Shown here: one piece after another, positions 17,803 to 27,136 of the stretch | Position numbering within the stretch: position 1 is the stretch's first letter | Layout of the letters: each line of letters begins with the position of its first letter | Source of the DNA: a virus | Taxonomy: Duplodnaviria > Caudoviricetes | Reading direction: 5' to 3' (one strand) | IMG/VR virus record: IMGVR_UViG_3300022690_001299 | Span: 1 to 41,622 of that record | Length of the DNA: 41,622 nucleotides | Made by a program: the position numbers and the translations under genes | Notes under the pieces: generated by a model | Told to the model about the DNA's origin: nothing | What the model saw: only the letters and a program-made list of their open reading frames with translations | The model's database searches: none

Positions 17803-19866
17803 TTAATCTTTCCTATATCTAAGTGCTTCAAAACCTCCGGCGACCAAAGGTAAGTCCGGTGCCCATTCAGGGCTATAAGCTAGTAAACGGTCTAATTCCG
17901 CTCCGTTATACATGGCGTTATCTGGTACTTCCGTGATAATCTCATCATGTACAGATAGAATAATTTCATAACCGTAATTTTCAATGCGTGGCATGTTCGA
18001 GGCCATAACGTCACGTGCTACGGCTTGGCACACATTCTCAAAAAGTTTTCCTCCGTAGGTCTTCAAACGTGACCATTTATGGGTGGTTTGATTTACCCCC
18101 ATATAAGTAATATCTTTCTGGTTTATCTTCGGCGCGGAATAACATAACGCCCTGCCCGAAGGTAAACCGATACGTAGCCAGCTGCCGTCACGTCTTATTT
18201 TCAACTTACGGCATTTACGGGTTTTATCTGGGTTAAATACGGCCATTTTTACTTCGTCCGCTAACTCCTCCCAATACGAAATTATTTGAGGGTGGGCTTT
18301 TCTCCACAGTCTTTTAAAAGCATCACATGTTTTGAAAGTTTTTTCTTCCATATCGAAAGTGCGTTTTCTTTCAACCGCCCATTCCCACATGTTTCGTGTT
18401 TCTTCTTTAATAATACCTGGAATAGTTGGCCAAGCTTTTTCTGCTAATTCACTGAGATTAATACCGTACACCGTCGCGAAAGTTACAAACGCACCTACCC
18501 CACCCTCATATCCTAATGCAAGTTCCATTACCTTACCTACCTGGCGTTGTGATTTAGTTACGTTTTCCGGTTCTACCTGAAAAGCCTTAGCATAAGCCAG
18601 TTTATACAGGTCGGTGCCTGTCCCTTTATCAAAATCACGGAAAGCTTGTATTTTCCACTTCTCACCCGCTAACCAACAAGCAACCCTTCCTTCAATATTG
18701 GATAAATCGGACACTACTAATTTCCTACCTTTCGGAGCTATTATACATCCGCGTAGGGAAGCGGAAATCATCTTCATTATTTTATCTTCGGATACCAAAT
18801 CGATAACACCGTGGCGTATTAATTCTATACTTTTCTCTATTTCTTCTTGAGGAGGTAGATTTTTCGACGGTAAATTTTGAGGCTGGAAAGTACGACCAGA
18901 CCAGCGTCCTGTACGGGAAGCCCCGCAGAATTGCAATGTACCCCTTAATCGTCCGTCTGATGATACAGCTTTAAGTAATGTGTTATATTTGGCTGCGCTT
19001 GTGGTGCAAACTTGTAGTCTAATACGTAATAACTCCTTAACACCTTCAGGGAGATTGTTATCATCTAACCTTTTTTCTAGTGTCGATGCCCGCATATTTG
19101 GCAAGTCGACTCCATATTGACCGAGCAAATAAAGGAGGAATTTATCCCGTTCACTGACAGAGAAGAGTTTCCCTTTTGTAATTTCACTGGTGCGCAATTT
19201 GAGCTTGTCTTGAGTCCTTTTAACTGTTTCAATAGCTCTTTGAGCCAATTCCGTATCAACTTGGAACCCTCTCTCATTGATTCGTTGGTCCAGTCTCCAG
19301 AGGGTAAGTTCACTTCCACGGTAATTCCATTTTGGGAGACGCTTATGGATTTGCCGCATCGCTTCAACGTCGTTGCGCGCATAATCGCAGAATTTCTGCC
19401 ACTTTTCCGGGTGTGTCTCACTTATAGCCCTCCTTAATTTATGGCTTTTCGATTTAGGTTTACAGAAAAGTTGTATCAAAGTTTTACCTGCTTTGTCTTT
19501 CGCCAACTCTTTATCGATCTTAAATATCTCACATAAAGTACCAAGGGCACCGGGCAAGCCATGCGCAAGGGCTTGCACCATAGTATCCTCGACACGCTTG
19601 ACTGGAATATCTATGCCTAAAGCGTGCCTAATAACATTGCGGTCGAAACTGCTCTTGTGAAATACGAATTGTACTTTAGGGTCGTCAATAGCAGCCCGCA
19701 AATCTTCCGGCATATGTGGGTTAATAGTTACGTCCCATACATGAACCGGTTGGTCATCAAATGCGTAAGCCCAGATCATTACCTCGGAATCCTCAGCATA
19801 GGCATGGGTGCCATTAGCTATCGGGGTTTCGCTATAAGTTTCTGTATCGGAAAAACAATACTTCAT
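17803..19866 (-). CDS. Family A DNA polymerase (APSE/Bcep22 type) with 3'-5' exonuclease
   Basis: SDTETYS exonuclease motif; RTGRWSG, DLSNIEGR (A), RQVGKVMELALGY (B), SVHDEII (C). Confidence 0.95.
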   Translation of the reverse strand: MKYCFSDTETYSETPIANGTHAYAEDSEVMIWAYAFDDQPVHVWDVTINPHMPEDLRAAIDDPKVQFVFHKSSFDRNVIRHALGIDIPVKRVEDTMVQALAHGLPGALGTLCEIFKIDKELAKDKAGKTLIQLFCKPKSKSHKLRRAISETHPEKWQKFCDYARNDVEAMRQIHKRLPKWNYRGSELTLWRLDQRINERGFQVDTELAQRAIETVKRTQDKLKLRTSEITKGKLFSVSERDKFLLYLLGQYGVDLPNMRASTLEKRLDDNNLPEGVKELLRIRLQVCTTSAAKYNTLLKAVSSDGRLRGTLQFCGASRTGRWSGRTFQPQNLPSKNLPPQEEIEKSIELIRHGVIDLVSEDKIMKMISASLRGCIIAPKGRKLVVSDLSNIEGRVACWLAGEKWKIQAFRDFDKGTGTDLYKLAYAKAFQVEPENVTKSQRQVGKVMELALGYEGGVGAFVTFATVYGINLSELAEKAWPTIPGIIKEETRNMWEWAVERKRTFDMEEKTFKTCDAFKRLWRKAHPQIISYWEELADEVKMAVFNPDKTRKCRKLKIRRDGSWLRIGLPSGRALCYSAPKINQKDITYMGVNQTTHKWSRLKTYGGKLFENVCQAVARDVMASNMPRIENYGYEIILSVHDEIITEVPDNAMYNGAELDRLLAYSPEWAPDLPLVAGGFEALRYRKD

Positions 19867-19870
19867 TCGA

Positions 19871-20431
19871 TTACCCTATCAAATCAGCAGCATCGGAACC
19901 TTTTGATAAATCTTCAAACTCGTCATCGCTCATAGGCGTACCGCCTCCGAATTGTTCCCCATCTTTCACGAATTGTACCCCACGCAAACTAGCGGATATG
20001 CCTTTACCCGTATTGTCATAGGTAAACAATTCTATATGACCGTTAACATAACAACCGGCGTAAGGACGACCATCGTCTTGTGCTAAGGTGGTAGTGCCGT
20101 CCCTATCTCTTATTACCGGACGAATTTTACTGTTAGCAGATAAAGACATCATACCCGCGTAACCATCGTAGGCTTTAGTATCTCCGTCTTGAAAGCAGCA
20201 TTTATTAGCGTTATTTCGGATTTGACTAAAAATAGTAGCACCTTTTTTGGGCCATTTTTCATTTAAAGTTTTTTCAATAGCAGTTTCGATTAACCGCGCT
20301 AGTGAACTCCCTTTTGGCAGTAAAAATGTAGCTTTGTATTTAGGTACATCGCCTTCCTTGAAGGCTTTGGGCACAAATAAATCAGGAAAAGAAAGTCGTA
20401 CATTTTTAAGTGTGATAGTATTTTTGTCCAT
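19871..20431 (-). CDS. ssDNA-binding protein (DUF2815 / Enc34-like)
   Basis: NVRLSFPDLF, KYKATFL, DGD, PYAGCYVN, LRGVQFVKDGE.FGG and an acidic tail. Confidence 0.88.
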   Translation of the reverse strand: MDKNTITLKNVRLSFPDLFVPKAFKEGDVPKYKATFLLPKGSSLARLIETAIEKTLNEKWPKKGATIFSQIRNNANKCCFQDGDTKAYDGYAGMMSLSANSKIRPVIRDRDGTTTLAQDDGRPYAGCYVNGHIELFTYDNTGKGISASLRGVQFVKDGEQFGGGTPMSDDEFEDLSKGSDAADLIG

Positions 20432-20443
20432 AATAGTAATTTC

Positions 20444-21715
20444 CTATATAATGTTATCGGTTTTGGTTAAATCCTCCATTTCATCCTCAACCGGGGGGAT
20501 GATTAGAGTTTGCCTTCTATCCGAGGCATGGGCCACGGACGGGTTACCTTCGGCCTGGGTAATCTGGTCTTGAAGTTTCCTCCATTTCTTTGGACTATTT
20601 TCAAGCACTTTTTCAGCCTGAGTTGGGGAAATAACTTTAATCTTGTATCTTTCTTCGTGTTTCAAACGCATTGCTTTTAATAGTTTTTCAGCTTCGGTAG
20701 CGTCAATCCATTTGCGGTGCCCTTTCTTGCCCTGAACTAGTTTATAGTTTGGTACTTCATTACCTTCTCGTAGTTCACGTAACACCGCCCCCCGTACAGC
20801 TTCACACCAATATTCTATCATGTCGACCTTAGCCATGTATTTTGATAGCATATTGTTGTCGGCAGAGGCCGGAGGGTTGTTGAGTTCTTTTTGATCTAAG
20901 TTTTCCATTTCTGCACCTACAGTTTCTGTTATATACTCAGCAGCTGCAGGGCAAAACCCCCTGACTTTACAGAAGCAGCATTGTTTCTCACCCGGGGTGA
21001 AGAATTCAGGGTTTTGTCTCACAAATTCTGCACGTGAATTTTCCAGGGGATTCAACCAAGAATCGAAAACTTCTTTAATTCTTATGACGCTCGTCGCAGC
21101 AATCTTAGCCTTTCCGGCAAAAAGTAATAGATCTGCTAATGAACAATCCCACTCCCTTACACTGTTATGTATCCGCGGTTGGCTTATAATTAGACGTACT
21201 GTTTCAAATTCAAATATCAAGCCGTATGTTTCAAGCGCACCAAGTGCGTATAGCATTAATTGTTCGTTTTCTTCGGCAAAAACTTCAACCTTCCGACCGT
21301 ATTTAAGATCAATAAGAACGAGTTCTTTATTTTGCGCATCTAGAATTATTGCATCGGCAGTACCGAAGCTATCGGGCTGTCCTATAGTTTCAGAAAAATC
21401 TACTTTTTGCTCTATTAGAAGGATGTTATCCCCAGCGCATTGTAATACCAAGTCAACATAGCTTTGAACATGTCGACACATATCGTCATCGACAGTGAAC
21501 TTAAAACCATCTTCTTCGATAGAGCGCCCTTTAAAAGCTGAAGTTTGTTTTGCTTCTGAATTCAACACCATTTCCGCTAGGGTATGCGCTGCGGATCCCT
21601 CCGCTAAATACTCACTAGGTTTTTCTTCGGGCAAACTCTTTTCTAGAGCAAGAGAACCTCGGCATTTAATCCAGCGATCCGCACCCGATGGTGATAATAA
21701 TGCGTGCTTACTCAT
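20444..21715 (-). CDS. DUF2800 Cas4-like PD-(D/E)xK exonuclease
   Basis: HALLSPSGADRWIKC, FGTADAI, IDLKYG, QLMLYALG, CCFC....C. Confidence 0.9.
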   Translation of the reverse strand: MSKHALLSPSGADRWIKCRGSLALEKSLPEEKPSEYLAEGSAAHTLAEMVLNSEAKQTSAFKGRSIEEDGFKFTVDDDMCRHVQSYVDLVLQCAGDNILLIEQKVDFSETIGQPDSFGTADAIILDAQNKELVLIDLKYGRKVEVFAEENEQLMLYALGALETYGLIFEFETVRLIISQPRIHNSVREWDCSLADLLLFAGKAKIAATSVIRIKEVFDSWLNPLENSRAEFVRQNPEFFTPGEKQCCFCKVRGFCPAAAEYITETVGAEMENLDQKELNNPPASADNNMLSKYMAKVDMIEYWCEAVRGAVLRELREGNEVPNYKLVQGKKGHRKWIDATEAEKLLKAMRLKHEERYKIKVISPTQAEKVLENSPKKWRKLQDQITQAEGNPSVAHASDRRQTLIIPPVEDEMEDLTKTDNII

Positions 21716-21717
21716 AA

Positions 21718-22029
21718 TTATTTTCCATCTCCTTCGAGTCCAGCTTCTTCTGCAGCTATGATAATTTCAGCATATTTATCTTCCTTTAATTCGGTGACGT
21801 GTTCTGCTCCGAATTTTTTAAGAAAATTTAATACCGCGCCACGACCTTTTGCTTTAGCCAGAGATAATAATGCAGCTTTAATACCCTCAATACGTACAGT
21901 ATTTATATTCTCTTCCTCCGGTGTTAAGATGTGTTTTTCCGGTATATGGGTGCTTTTTTTGTTATTCAGTGTTACAGTCAAAACTGTTAAAGCTTTAGTA
22001 AGATTTTTTATTTGCTTTTCTAGTGACAT
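21718..22029 (-). CDS. Conserved protein of the DUF2800/DUF2815 replication module
   Basis: MSLEKQI N-terminus; LKKFGAEHVTELKEDKY C-terminus; expected gene order. Confidence 0.65.
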   Translation of the reverse strand: MSLEKQIKNLTKALTVLTVTLNNKKSTHIPEKHILTPEEENINTVRIEGIKAALLSLAKAKGRGAVLNFLKKFGAEHVTELKEDKYAEIIIAAEEAGLEGDGK

Positions 22030-22053
22030 AATTATTTCCTTATATATTTTTAA

Positions 22054-22245
22054 TTAACCTTTAAAATCTTCACAATCCAAAGGCCAGCGTTGCTCTTTCG
22101 CAAGTTCGCACTCACGTATTTTACTTATTCTCTTATCGTTTTCCGCCATACGTTCAACCTCTAGTCCAAAGGCGTGGATGAATAGTAAAGCGGATACAAC
22201 CATAAAGAAAAGTGCACCCCCGATCATATAAATAAAGTTAAGCAT
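22054..22245 (-). CDS. Small protein with an N-terminal TM segment
   Basis: AAGGA RBS; hydrophobic N-terminus. Confidence 0.55.
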   Translation of the reverse strand: MLNFIYMIGGALFFMVVSALLFIHAFGLEVERMAENDKRISKIRECELAKEQRWPLDCEDFKG

Positions 22246-22280
22246 AATGTTTTCCTTTAAGGTTTATACCGTTTTCTATT

Positions 22281-22440
22281 AACTAATTATAACCACAAGT
22301 TGCACTTGTCAACATAAAATGTTAGTTATTGATAATAAATACGATTAATAGTTGTATTTGTCTATGTAAATCACTATCAATCGATAATTAAAACTAATAG
22401 TTGCGCTCGTCAACACTAATTACAACTATTATTTACACTT
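22281..22440. promoter_or_regulatory. Divergent early control region with repeated operator-like (AAT)AGTTG(C/T) sites
   Basis: Copies near 22297, 22347 and 22396, inverted near 22422; TTGACA...TATAAT on the minus strand (22286-22312, short 15-nt spacer). Confidence 0.55.
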
Positions 22441-22483
22441 CTTTTTAATAATGAAACTACATTTTCAATCTTAGGTAACTAAT

Positions 22484-22594
22484 ATGACAACATTAAAAAA
22501 ATGGTTTGCTGCTGCAACGAAACAAGAAAGAAAAGACTTGGCGGAACGTGCCGGTACTTCCGTTCAATATCTCGGGCATAAAGAAGTAGTTTAA
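22484..22594 (+). CDS. Short or truncated Cro-like HTH protein (36 aa)
   Basis: MTTLKKWFAAATKQERKDLAERAGTSVQYLGHKEVV; ends within or just after the recognition helix. Confidence 0.5.
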   Translation: MTTLKKWFAAATKQERKDLAERAGTSVQYLGHKEVV

Positions 22595-22614
22595 AAATTA
22601 CAGGAGATAAAAAT

Positions 22615-24846
22615 ATGGTTGATAGATTATCTATACTAACCCATGGAACAAATTACTTAGCTAAAGTGTGGCAAGCTGACGGCAAGATACACTCGTACGA
22701 TTTAGCCAAGCATTTCACACACACTACTAAGATGGTGAGTAATATCGGGGAATTGTCTTCGTTATTGTCCGGCTTAGAAAAAGACCCACACTCTTGTATT
22801 ATCAGGGGGGCTAAAAGGGGGCTAAAAGGGTCTATCGAAATTCCGACAGACCCTTATCTCAAAGGTAAGGTACGCCGCCGTAATGATTATTTCGAAGACC
22901 AAGCACTACATACTGTATTGATTGAAGTAGACAACTATGTACCTTTGACTTGCGACCCTATTGATGACCCTGTAGGCGCAAGTGAGGAGTACATATTGTC
23001 TTGCCTACCGGAAGCTTTTCATGGTACTTCATATCATTGGCAGTTATCTAATAGTGCTGGACATCCCGATAATATCGGAAAGTTGAAAATACATCTATGG
23101 TTCTGGCTTAAAGAAAAATGCACCTCGGCAAGTCTTAAGAAATGGAGAGCAGATAATAACGTAGAATGTGATGGTGCGGTGTTTAATGCCGTTCAAGTCC
23201 ACTACACCGCCGCTCCTATACTTAAAGAAGGAGTCAAAGACCCCGCGGCATGCCGTTCAGGGTTGATACGGGGGCGCGATGAAGTGGCCCTCGGCATTGA
23301 TGGTAGTTTATTAGAAGTGCGCAAAGAAAAAGTCCGTGGGGTAAATTCAGGAGAGTATGACTACGTACTTGATTACGTTGATATTCTTAACGATGGCGAG
23401 GACGGCAGGGTTTATATAGAATGTCCTTTCAAAGACGGTCATTCTATGGAATCTGGCCCTACCTCCACTGTTTATTTCCCAAAGGGTACGGGAGGATTTG
23501 AACAAGGGCATTTTAAATGCCTACACGCTTCATGTGAAGGGCGTAATGATAATGACTTTTTAGAAAAATGTGGTGCGTTAACTTTTGACCTTACACTGGT
23601 TGAAGAAGATGGAAAAAAAACTCTAACGTTACCTAAGTTTGTGCGAGATAATAAAGGTAACATAGTGAACACTCAAAACAACACCGATATAGCTGTCGAA
23701 AGCCGACCTGATATTTGTGGTTTCTATGTGTGTTATGATTCGTTCCTCGCAGGGGTTCTGGTAAAACCTATGGAAACTGAAAAAAACGGTAACAAAGGTT
23801 GGCGCGCTCTAAAAGACACTGACTATACCCAGATACAAGGGAGGCTTGAACTTCTTGGCTTTAAGGCTGTAGCTAAAGACCGAGTGAGGGACGCTGTACA
23901 TCTCGCCGCGGAGCTTACTCTTTTTGATTCTCTGATAGATTGGTGTAAAAAATTACCAGCATGGGACGGTATCCCGAGGATTGACAGATTCTTTGTAGAG
24001 TATTTCAACTCCGAAGACAAAGAATATACCCAAGCCGTAGGGGCTTACACTTGGACGGCTCTTGGGGGTCGTGCTCTCATCCCTGGAATTCAGGCGGATA
24101 TGATGCCTATACTTATAAGTAAACAAGGAACCCGTAAATCTGCCGCTATTAAGAAAATGGGGGCTATGCCTGGAACTACGGGCGTTCTTAATTTCAATGC
24201 AGATGATGATAATAGGAAAAGAAGGTTAAAAGGGCGTTGCGTTCTTGAAGTTGCTGAGATGCAAGGGATGCACACTAAATGCATAGACGATATCAAAGCC
24301 TTCATCACTGAGTCCGAAGATATCTGGCGGCCTATGTTTAAAGAACATGAAACAACAAACAAACGTCGTACTATCTTTATAGGTACTACTAATCAACACG
24401 AACTACTATCCGACCCCACCGGGGCCAGACGTTTCTTACCGCTGGTCGTGGGAGAAGTAGACCCTGGCGGTGTAGCTAATTCTAAAGACCAGCTATGGGC
24501 TGAAGGGTTGGCGCGTTTTAAGAAGAACGGTATAGAATGGCAGAAAGCCGACAAACTCGCGCCGGAAGAGCATGAAGCGCATAAAGTGACAGACTTCTGG
24601 TATGACCTTATAGACTCTTGGTTGGAGCAAAAGGTTGAGGGTGTTAAACCTATGGATAAAGGTTATATAACCACTATTGAAGCGGCTGAATTCGGTATAG
24701 GGCTGTCGCCCGCTAAAGTTAAATCTTGGGATCAACGCAAGCTAGGCAGTCTCCTTAGGGAGGGTTTCAAATTTAAACGAAAACAGAAACGATTAGGTGT
24801 TTCTGCTAAACTAACATGGGTCTTTATGCCTACGGAAGAGGAGTAA
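22615..24846 (+). CDS. Primase-helicase: prim-pol-like N-terminus, Zn-binding domain, VirE/VapE-like P-loop helicase
   Basis: LIEVD / KIHLWFWL / QVHYTAAP; CPFKDGH...CLHASC; WDGIPRID, KQGTRKS (Walker A), GTTN, DPTGARRF. Confidence 0.85.
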   Translation: MVDRLSILTHGTNYLAKVWQADGKIHSYDLAKHFTHTTKMVSNIGELSSLLSGLEKDPHSCIIRGAKRGLKGSIEIPTDPYLKGKVRRRNDYFEDQALHTVLIEVDNYVPLTCDPIDDPVGASEEYILSCLPEAFHGTSYHWQLSNSAGHPDNIGKLKIHLWFWLKEKCTSASLKKWRADNNVECDGAVFNAVQVHYTAAPILKEGVKDPAACRSGLIRGRDEVALGIDGSLLEVRKEKVRGVNSGEYDYVLDYVDILNDGEDGRVYIECPFKDGHSMESGPTSTVYFPKGTGGFEQGHFKCLHASCEGRNDNDFLEKCGALTFDLTLVEEDGKKTLTLPKFVRDNKGNIVNTQNNTDIAVESRPDICGFYVCYDSFLAGVLVKPMETEKNGNKGWRALKDTDYTQIQGRLELLGFKAVAKDRVRDAVHLAAELTLFDSLIDWCKKLPAWDGIPRIDRFFVEYFNSEDKEYTQAVGAYTWTALGGRALIPGIQADMMPILISKQGTRKSAAIKKMGAMPGTTGVLNFNADDDNRKRRLKGRCVLEVAEMQGMHTKCIDDIKAFITESEDIWRPMFKEHETTNKRRTIFIGTTNQHELLSDPTGARRFLPLVVGEVDPGGVANSKDQLWAEGLARFKKNGIEWQKADKLAPEEHEAHKVTDFWYDLIDSWLEQKVEGVKPMDKGYITTIEAAEFGIGLSPAKVKSWDQRKLGSLLREGFKFKRKQKRLGVSAKLTWVFMPTEEE

Positions 24847-24991
24847 GGAATTTCGCTACAATCCCTGGGATTAGGCGGCCTCCCGACTCGTAGTAAACGA
24901 CCGCCCGAGAGGTGAGGCCTAAATGTTCGGCCATTTCCTTTTGGGTTAATTCCATTTCTTTGCGGATAGCTTTAAATTCTTCTTTGGTCAT
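24830..24991 (-). CDS. Small XRE-family HTH protein (53 aa, not in the ORF track)
   Basis: MTKEEFKAIRKEMELTQKEMAEHLGLTSRAVVYYESGGRLIP. Confidence 0.75.
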   Translation of the reverse strand: MTKEEFKAIRKEMELTQKEMAEHLGLTSRAVVYYESGGRLIPGIVAKFLTPLP

Positions 24992-25010
24992 GGGTTTAAT
25001 TTCTTTTCTA

Positions 25011-25601
25011 TTATAGGTTAACAGGCATTAAAACAGCTTCTCTATCGTCAAAGCAAAATAATACAGGTTCTGTTTCACCAGCTTCACTCGAATAAACGGT
25101 AACTGTTTTATCTTTTTGCATAATTGCTTGTAAGTATTTAAGATTAAACCGGAATCTTGTTTTGAATAACGTGAAGGTCGCGTTACCTGCACAGTCTATT
25201 TCGGCATGCTCCATGTTGAAAGTATCTTTGATATTTTTAGACGGTACAGCTCTCATCACATCTGGAAAGTTACCGTCTATATCCAGCTTTACGCCGGCGG
25301 CATCGTAATAACCTTTTTCTAATTCAGAAGGAATCATATGTATGCGGTGACCGTCCGTTGCGATTAACTTCTCCCCATTGGAGTAGGCGTTGTGTAAATA
25401 AGGGCGGTTAGCTAAAGCAATCCACTGGTTAAGGTTTTTGCTTATTTTAGGAAGGGTAGGTTGAAAGTATTTAAACGCCCCTGCCAATTCTGATTTTAAT
25501 TCTTCATTATTAGTTTCGTTGTATAGTTTTTCTAACAACGATTGTATAGATCCTTTAGTTGGTTTTCTAGGTGTCTCGTAAGCTTTTGTTTGAATGTTCA
25601 T
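25011..25601 (-). CDS. Truncated DNA polymerase III beta-clamp-like protein
   Basis: LIATDGHRI, GNFPDVMRAVP, FNLKYL, AVLMPV, all resembling DnaN domain 2-3 motifs. Confidence 0.65.
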   Translation of the reverse strand: MNIQTKAYETPRKPTKGSIQSLLEKLYNETNNEELKSELAGAFKYFQPTLPKISKNLNQWIALANRPYLHNAYSNGEKLIATDGHRIHMIPSELEKGYYDAAGVKLDIDGNFPDVMRAVPSKNIKDTFNMEHAEIDCAGNATFTLFKTRFRFNLKYLQAIMQKDKTVTVYSSEAGETEPVLFCFDDREAVLMPVNL

Positions 25602-25648
25602 TGTTTTATTCTTTATTTAAGTTAACAACCTAACCGGTTGGTAAATAC

Positions 25649-25678
25649 ATAGTAGCACAGTGTTCTACTTAGAGTCAA
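25649..25678 (-). promoter_or_regulatory. Sigma70-like promoter
   Basis: TTGACT-18 nt-TACTAT on the minus strand. Confidence 0.5.
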
Positions 25679-25740
25679 CAACTAAATTAAATAAACTTGA
25701 AAATAAATGATTCTTTTTCCAAAGAACGAGTAATCTTGAC

Positions 25741-25810
25741 TGTTAAATTTAACAAACACAGTTTAAAACCCACTTTGTTAAATTTAACAAACACAGTTTA
25801 AAACCCACTT
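25741..25810. repeat. Perfect 35-bp tandem duplication containing the palindrome TGTTAAATTTAACA
   Basis: 25741-25775 equals 25776-25810. Confidence 0.9.
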
Positions 25811-25851
25811 TGTCGGTATTATCTTTTGCTAATCTGCTCATATTCTGCCGT

Positions 25852-25875
25852 AGAGCACGATTTCGTGCTCTTTTT
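25852..25875 (+). terminator. Hairpin followed by a T-tract
   Basis: AGAGCACGA-TT-TCGTGCTCT-TTTT. Confidence 0.5.
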
Positions 25876-25884
25876 AGCTGTTTT

Positions 25885-26224
25885 TGTCACCCCATAACCT
25901 ATTGATATATGAGAAGAAAATGCGTTTGTCACCCCATTTTAAAATGGGGTGACACGATGGGGTGACAAAAAAGAGGTCGTAACCTATTGAAATATAAGAA
26001 GAAAATATTTTTGTCACCCCTGTCACCCCATTTATACTATTTCTATTAAGTACTATGAAAAAAATATTAGCTGTTTTTACTACTAGCTATTTCTCAGGGA
26101 AGGGCTGCCAGCGGAAAATGGGGTGACAGGGGTGACAGAGAGCGAAAAACGATTATAAATCAATAGGTTAGACCATGTCACCCCATTTTTAAAATGGGGT
26201 GACATGGGGTGACATGGGGTGACA
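25885..26224. repeat. Iteron-like cluster (12 x TGTCACCCC / GGGGTGACA); probable replication origin
   Basis: Copies at 25885, 25927, 25946, 25959, 26012, 26021, 26120, 26129, 26176, 26196, 26206 and 26216; three TAACCTATTGA boxes; AT-rich core. Confidence 0.75.
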
Positions 26225-26317
26225 GTGTGTTTTTTAATAGATCGGCAGTTTTGAGAGGTAAAAAAAAGTAAGAGAAAACAGAGGGTTAAAGGGTGTGCCA
26301 CCATGTTTTTCTATATT

Positions 26318-27115
26318 TTATGGTATTAGTTTTATAAAATCAGTATATTCTTTTCCTCCGTTTGTGTCAACTGTCTCTTGCATCATGTTTATAATGATCT
26401 GTGTATTTTCAATTGATACGTTGTCATCCTTCAGGATTGTTCTAATCTTATTCAAAACATTGTTTACTAGTTTATGGTCTTTTGCAGTCTCTGGGAATCC
26501 TTTATACTCCTTCGTCATGTCCTGGTTTTCAGGTTTAAAATTATTACTAAATACAGTTCCACTATTATATATCGCGCCTTTAAGGTATGCGCCTTCAAGG
26601 TATGCAAATACAAGGTTTGCGCCTTTAAGGTTTGCGCCTTCAAGGTTTGCGCCTTTAAGGTTTGCAAATACAAGGTTTGCGCCTTCAAGGTTTGCGCCTT
26701 TAAGAGATGCGCCTTCAAGGTTTGCGCCTTCAAGGCCTGCGCCTTCAAGGTTTGCAAATACAAGTTTTGCGCTTTCAAGGCATGCGCCTTCAAGGTATGC
26801 GTCTTCAAGGTATGCGTCTTCAAGGTTTGCGCCTTTAAGGTTTGCAAATACAAGTTTTGCGCCTTCAAGGTTTGCGCCTTTAAGGTTTGCAAATACAAGG
26901 TTTGCGCTTTCAAGGTTTGCGCCTTTAAGAGATGCGCCTTCAAGGTTTGCGCCTTCAAGGCCGGCAAGTCTAAGGTTTTTATTACTTTTAATTGCGGTCT
27001 TGACTGCCTCCCCCAATTGGGTTGAGTGCAGTGTATTTTTATACTCATCGTCTAGTTCAACAGTCCATCTTATTGAGTCTGAAAATTTCTTTTTGATTTT
27101 AAATTGCATTATCAT
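26318..27115 (-). CDS. Pentapeptide-repeat protein A (26 repeats plus a 62-aa C-terminal extension)
   Basis: A(N/Y/x)L(E/K/V)(G/F/S/D) repeats encoded by a 15-bp array at 26576-26965. Confidence 0.88.
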   Translation of the reverse strand: MIMQFKIKKKFSDSIRWTVELDDEYKNTLHSTQLGEAVKTAIKSNKNLRLAGLEGANLEGASLKGANLESANLVFANLKGANLEGAKLVFANLKGANLEDAYLEDAYLEGACLESAKLVFANLEGAGLEGANLEGASLKGANLEGANLVFANLKGANLEGANLKGANLVFAYLEGAYLKGAIYNSGTVFSNNFKPENQDMTKEYKGFPETAKDHKLVNNVLNKIRTILKDDNVSIENTQIIINMMQETVDTNGGKEYTDFIKLIP

Positions 27116-27136
27116 TCTCCGATTTATTTTAAATTA

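Noticed and set aside
20444-21715. Cas4 as evidence of a CRISPR-Cas system
   Set aside because: It is the standard DUF2800 nuclease of the phage replication module; there are no other cas genes and no array.
25741-26224. CRISPR or mini-array
   Set aside because: The 35-bp repeats are directly adjacent with no spacer, and the 9-mers are too short, irregularly spaced and in both orientations.
26083-26304. 73-aa minus-strand ORF over the iteron field
   Set aside because: Its sequence simply translates the TGTCACCCC repeats (VTP); a cis-acting DNA role is more plausible.
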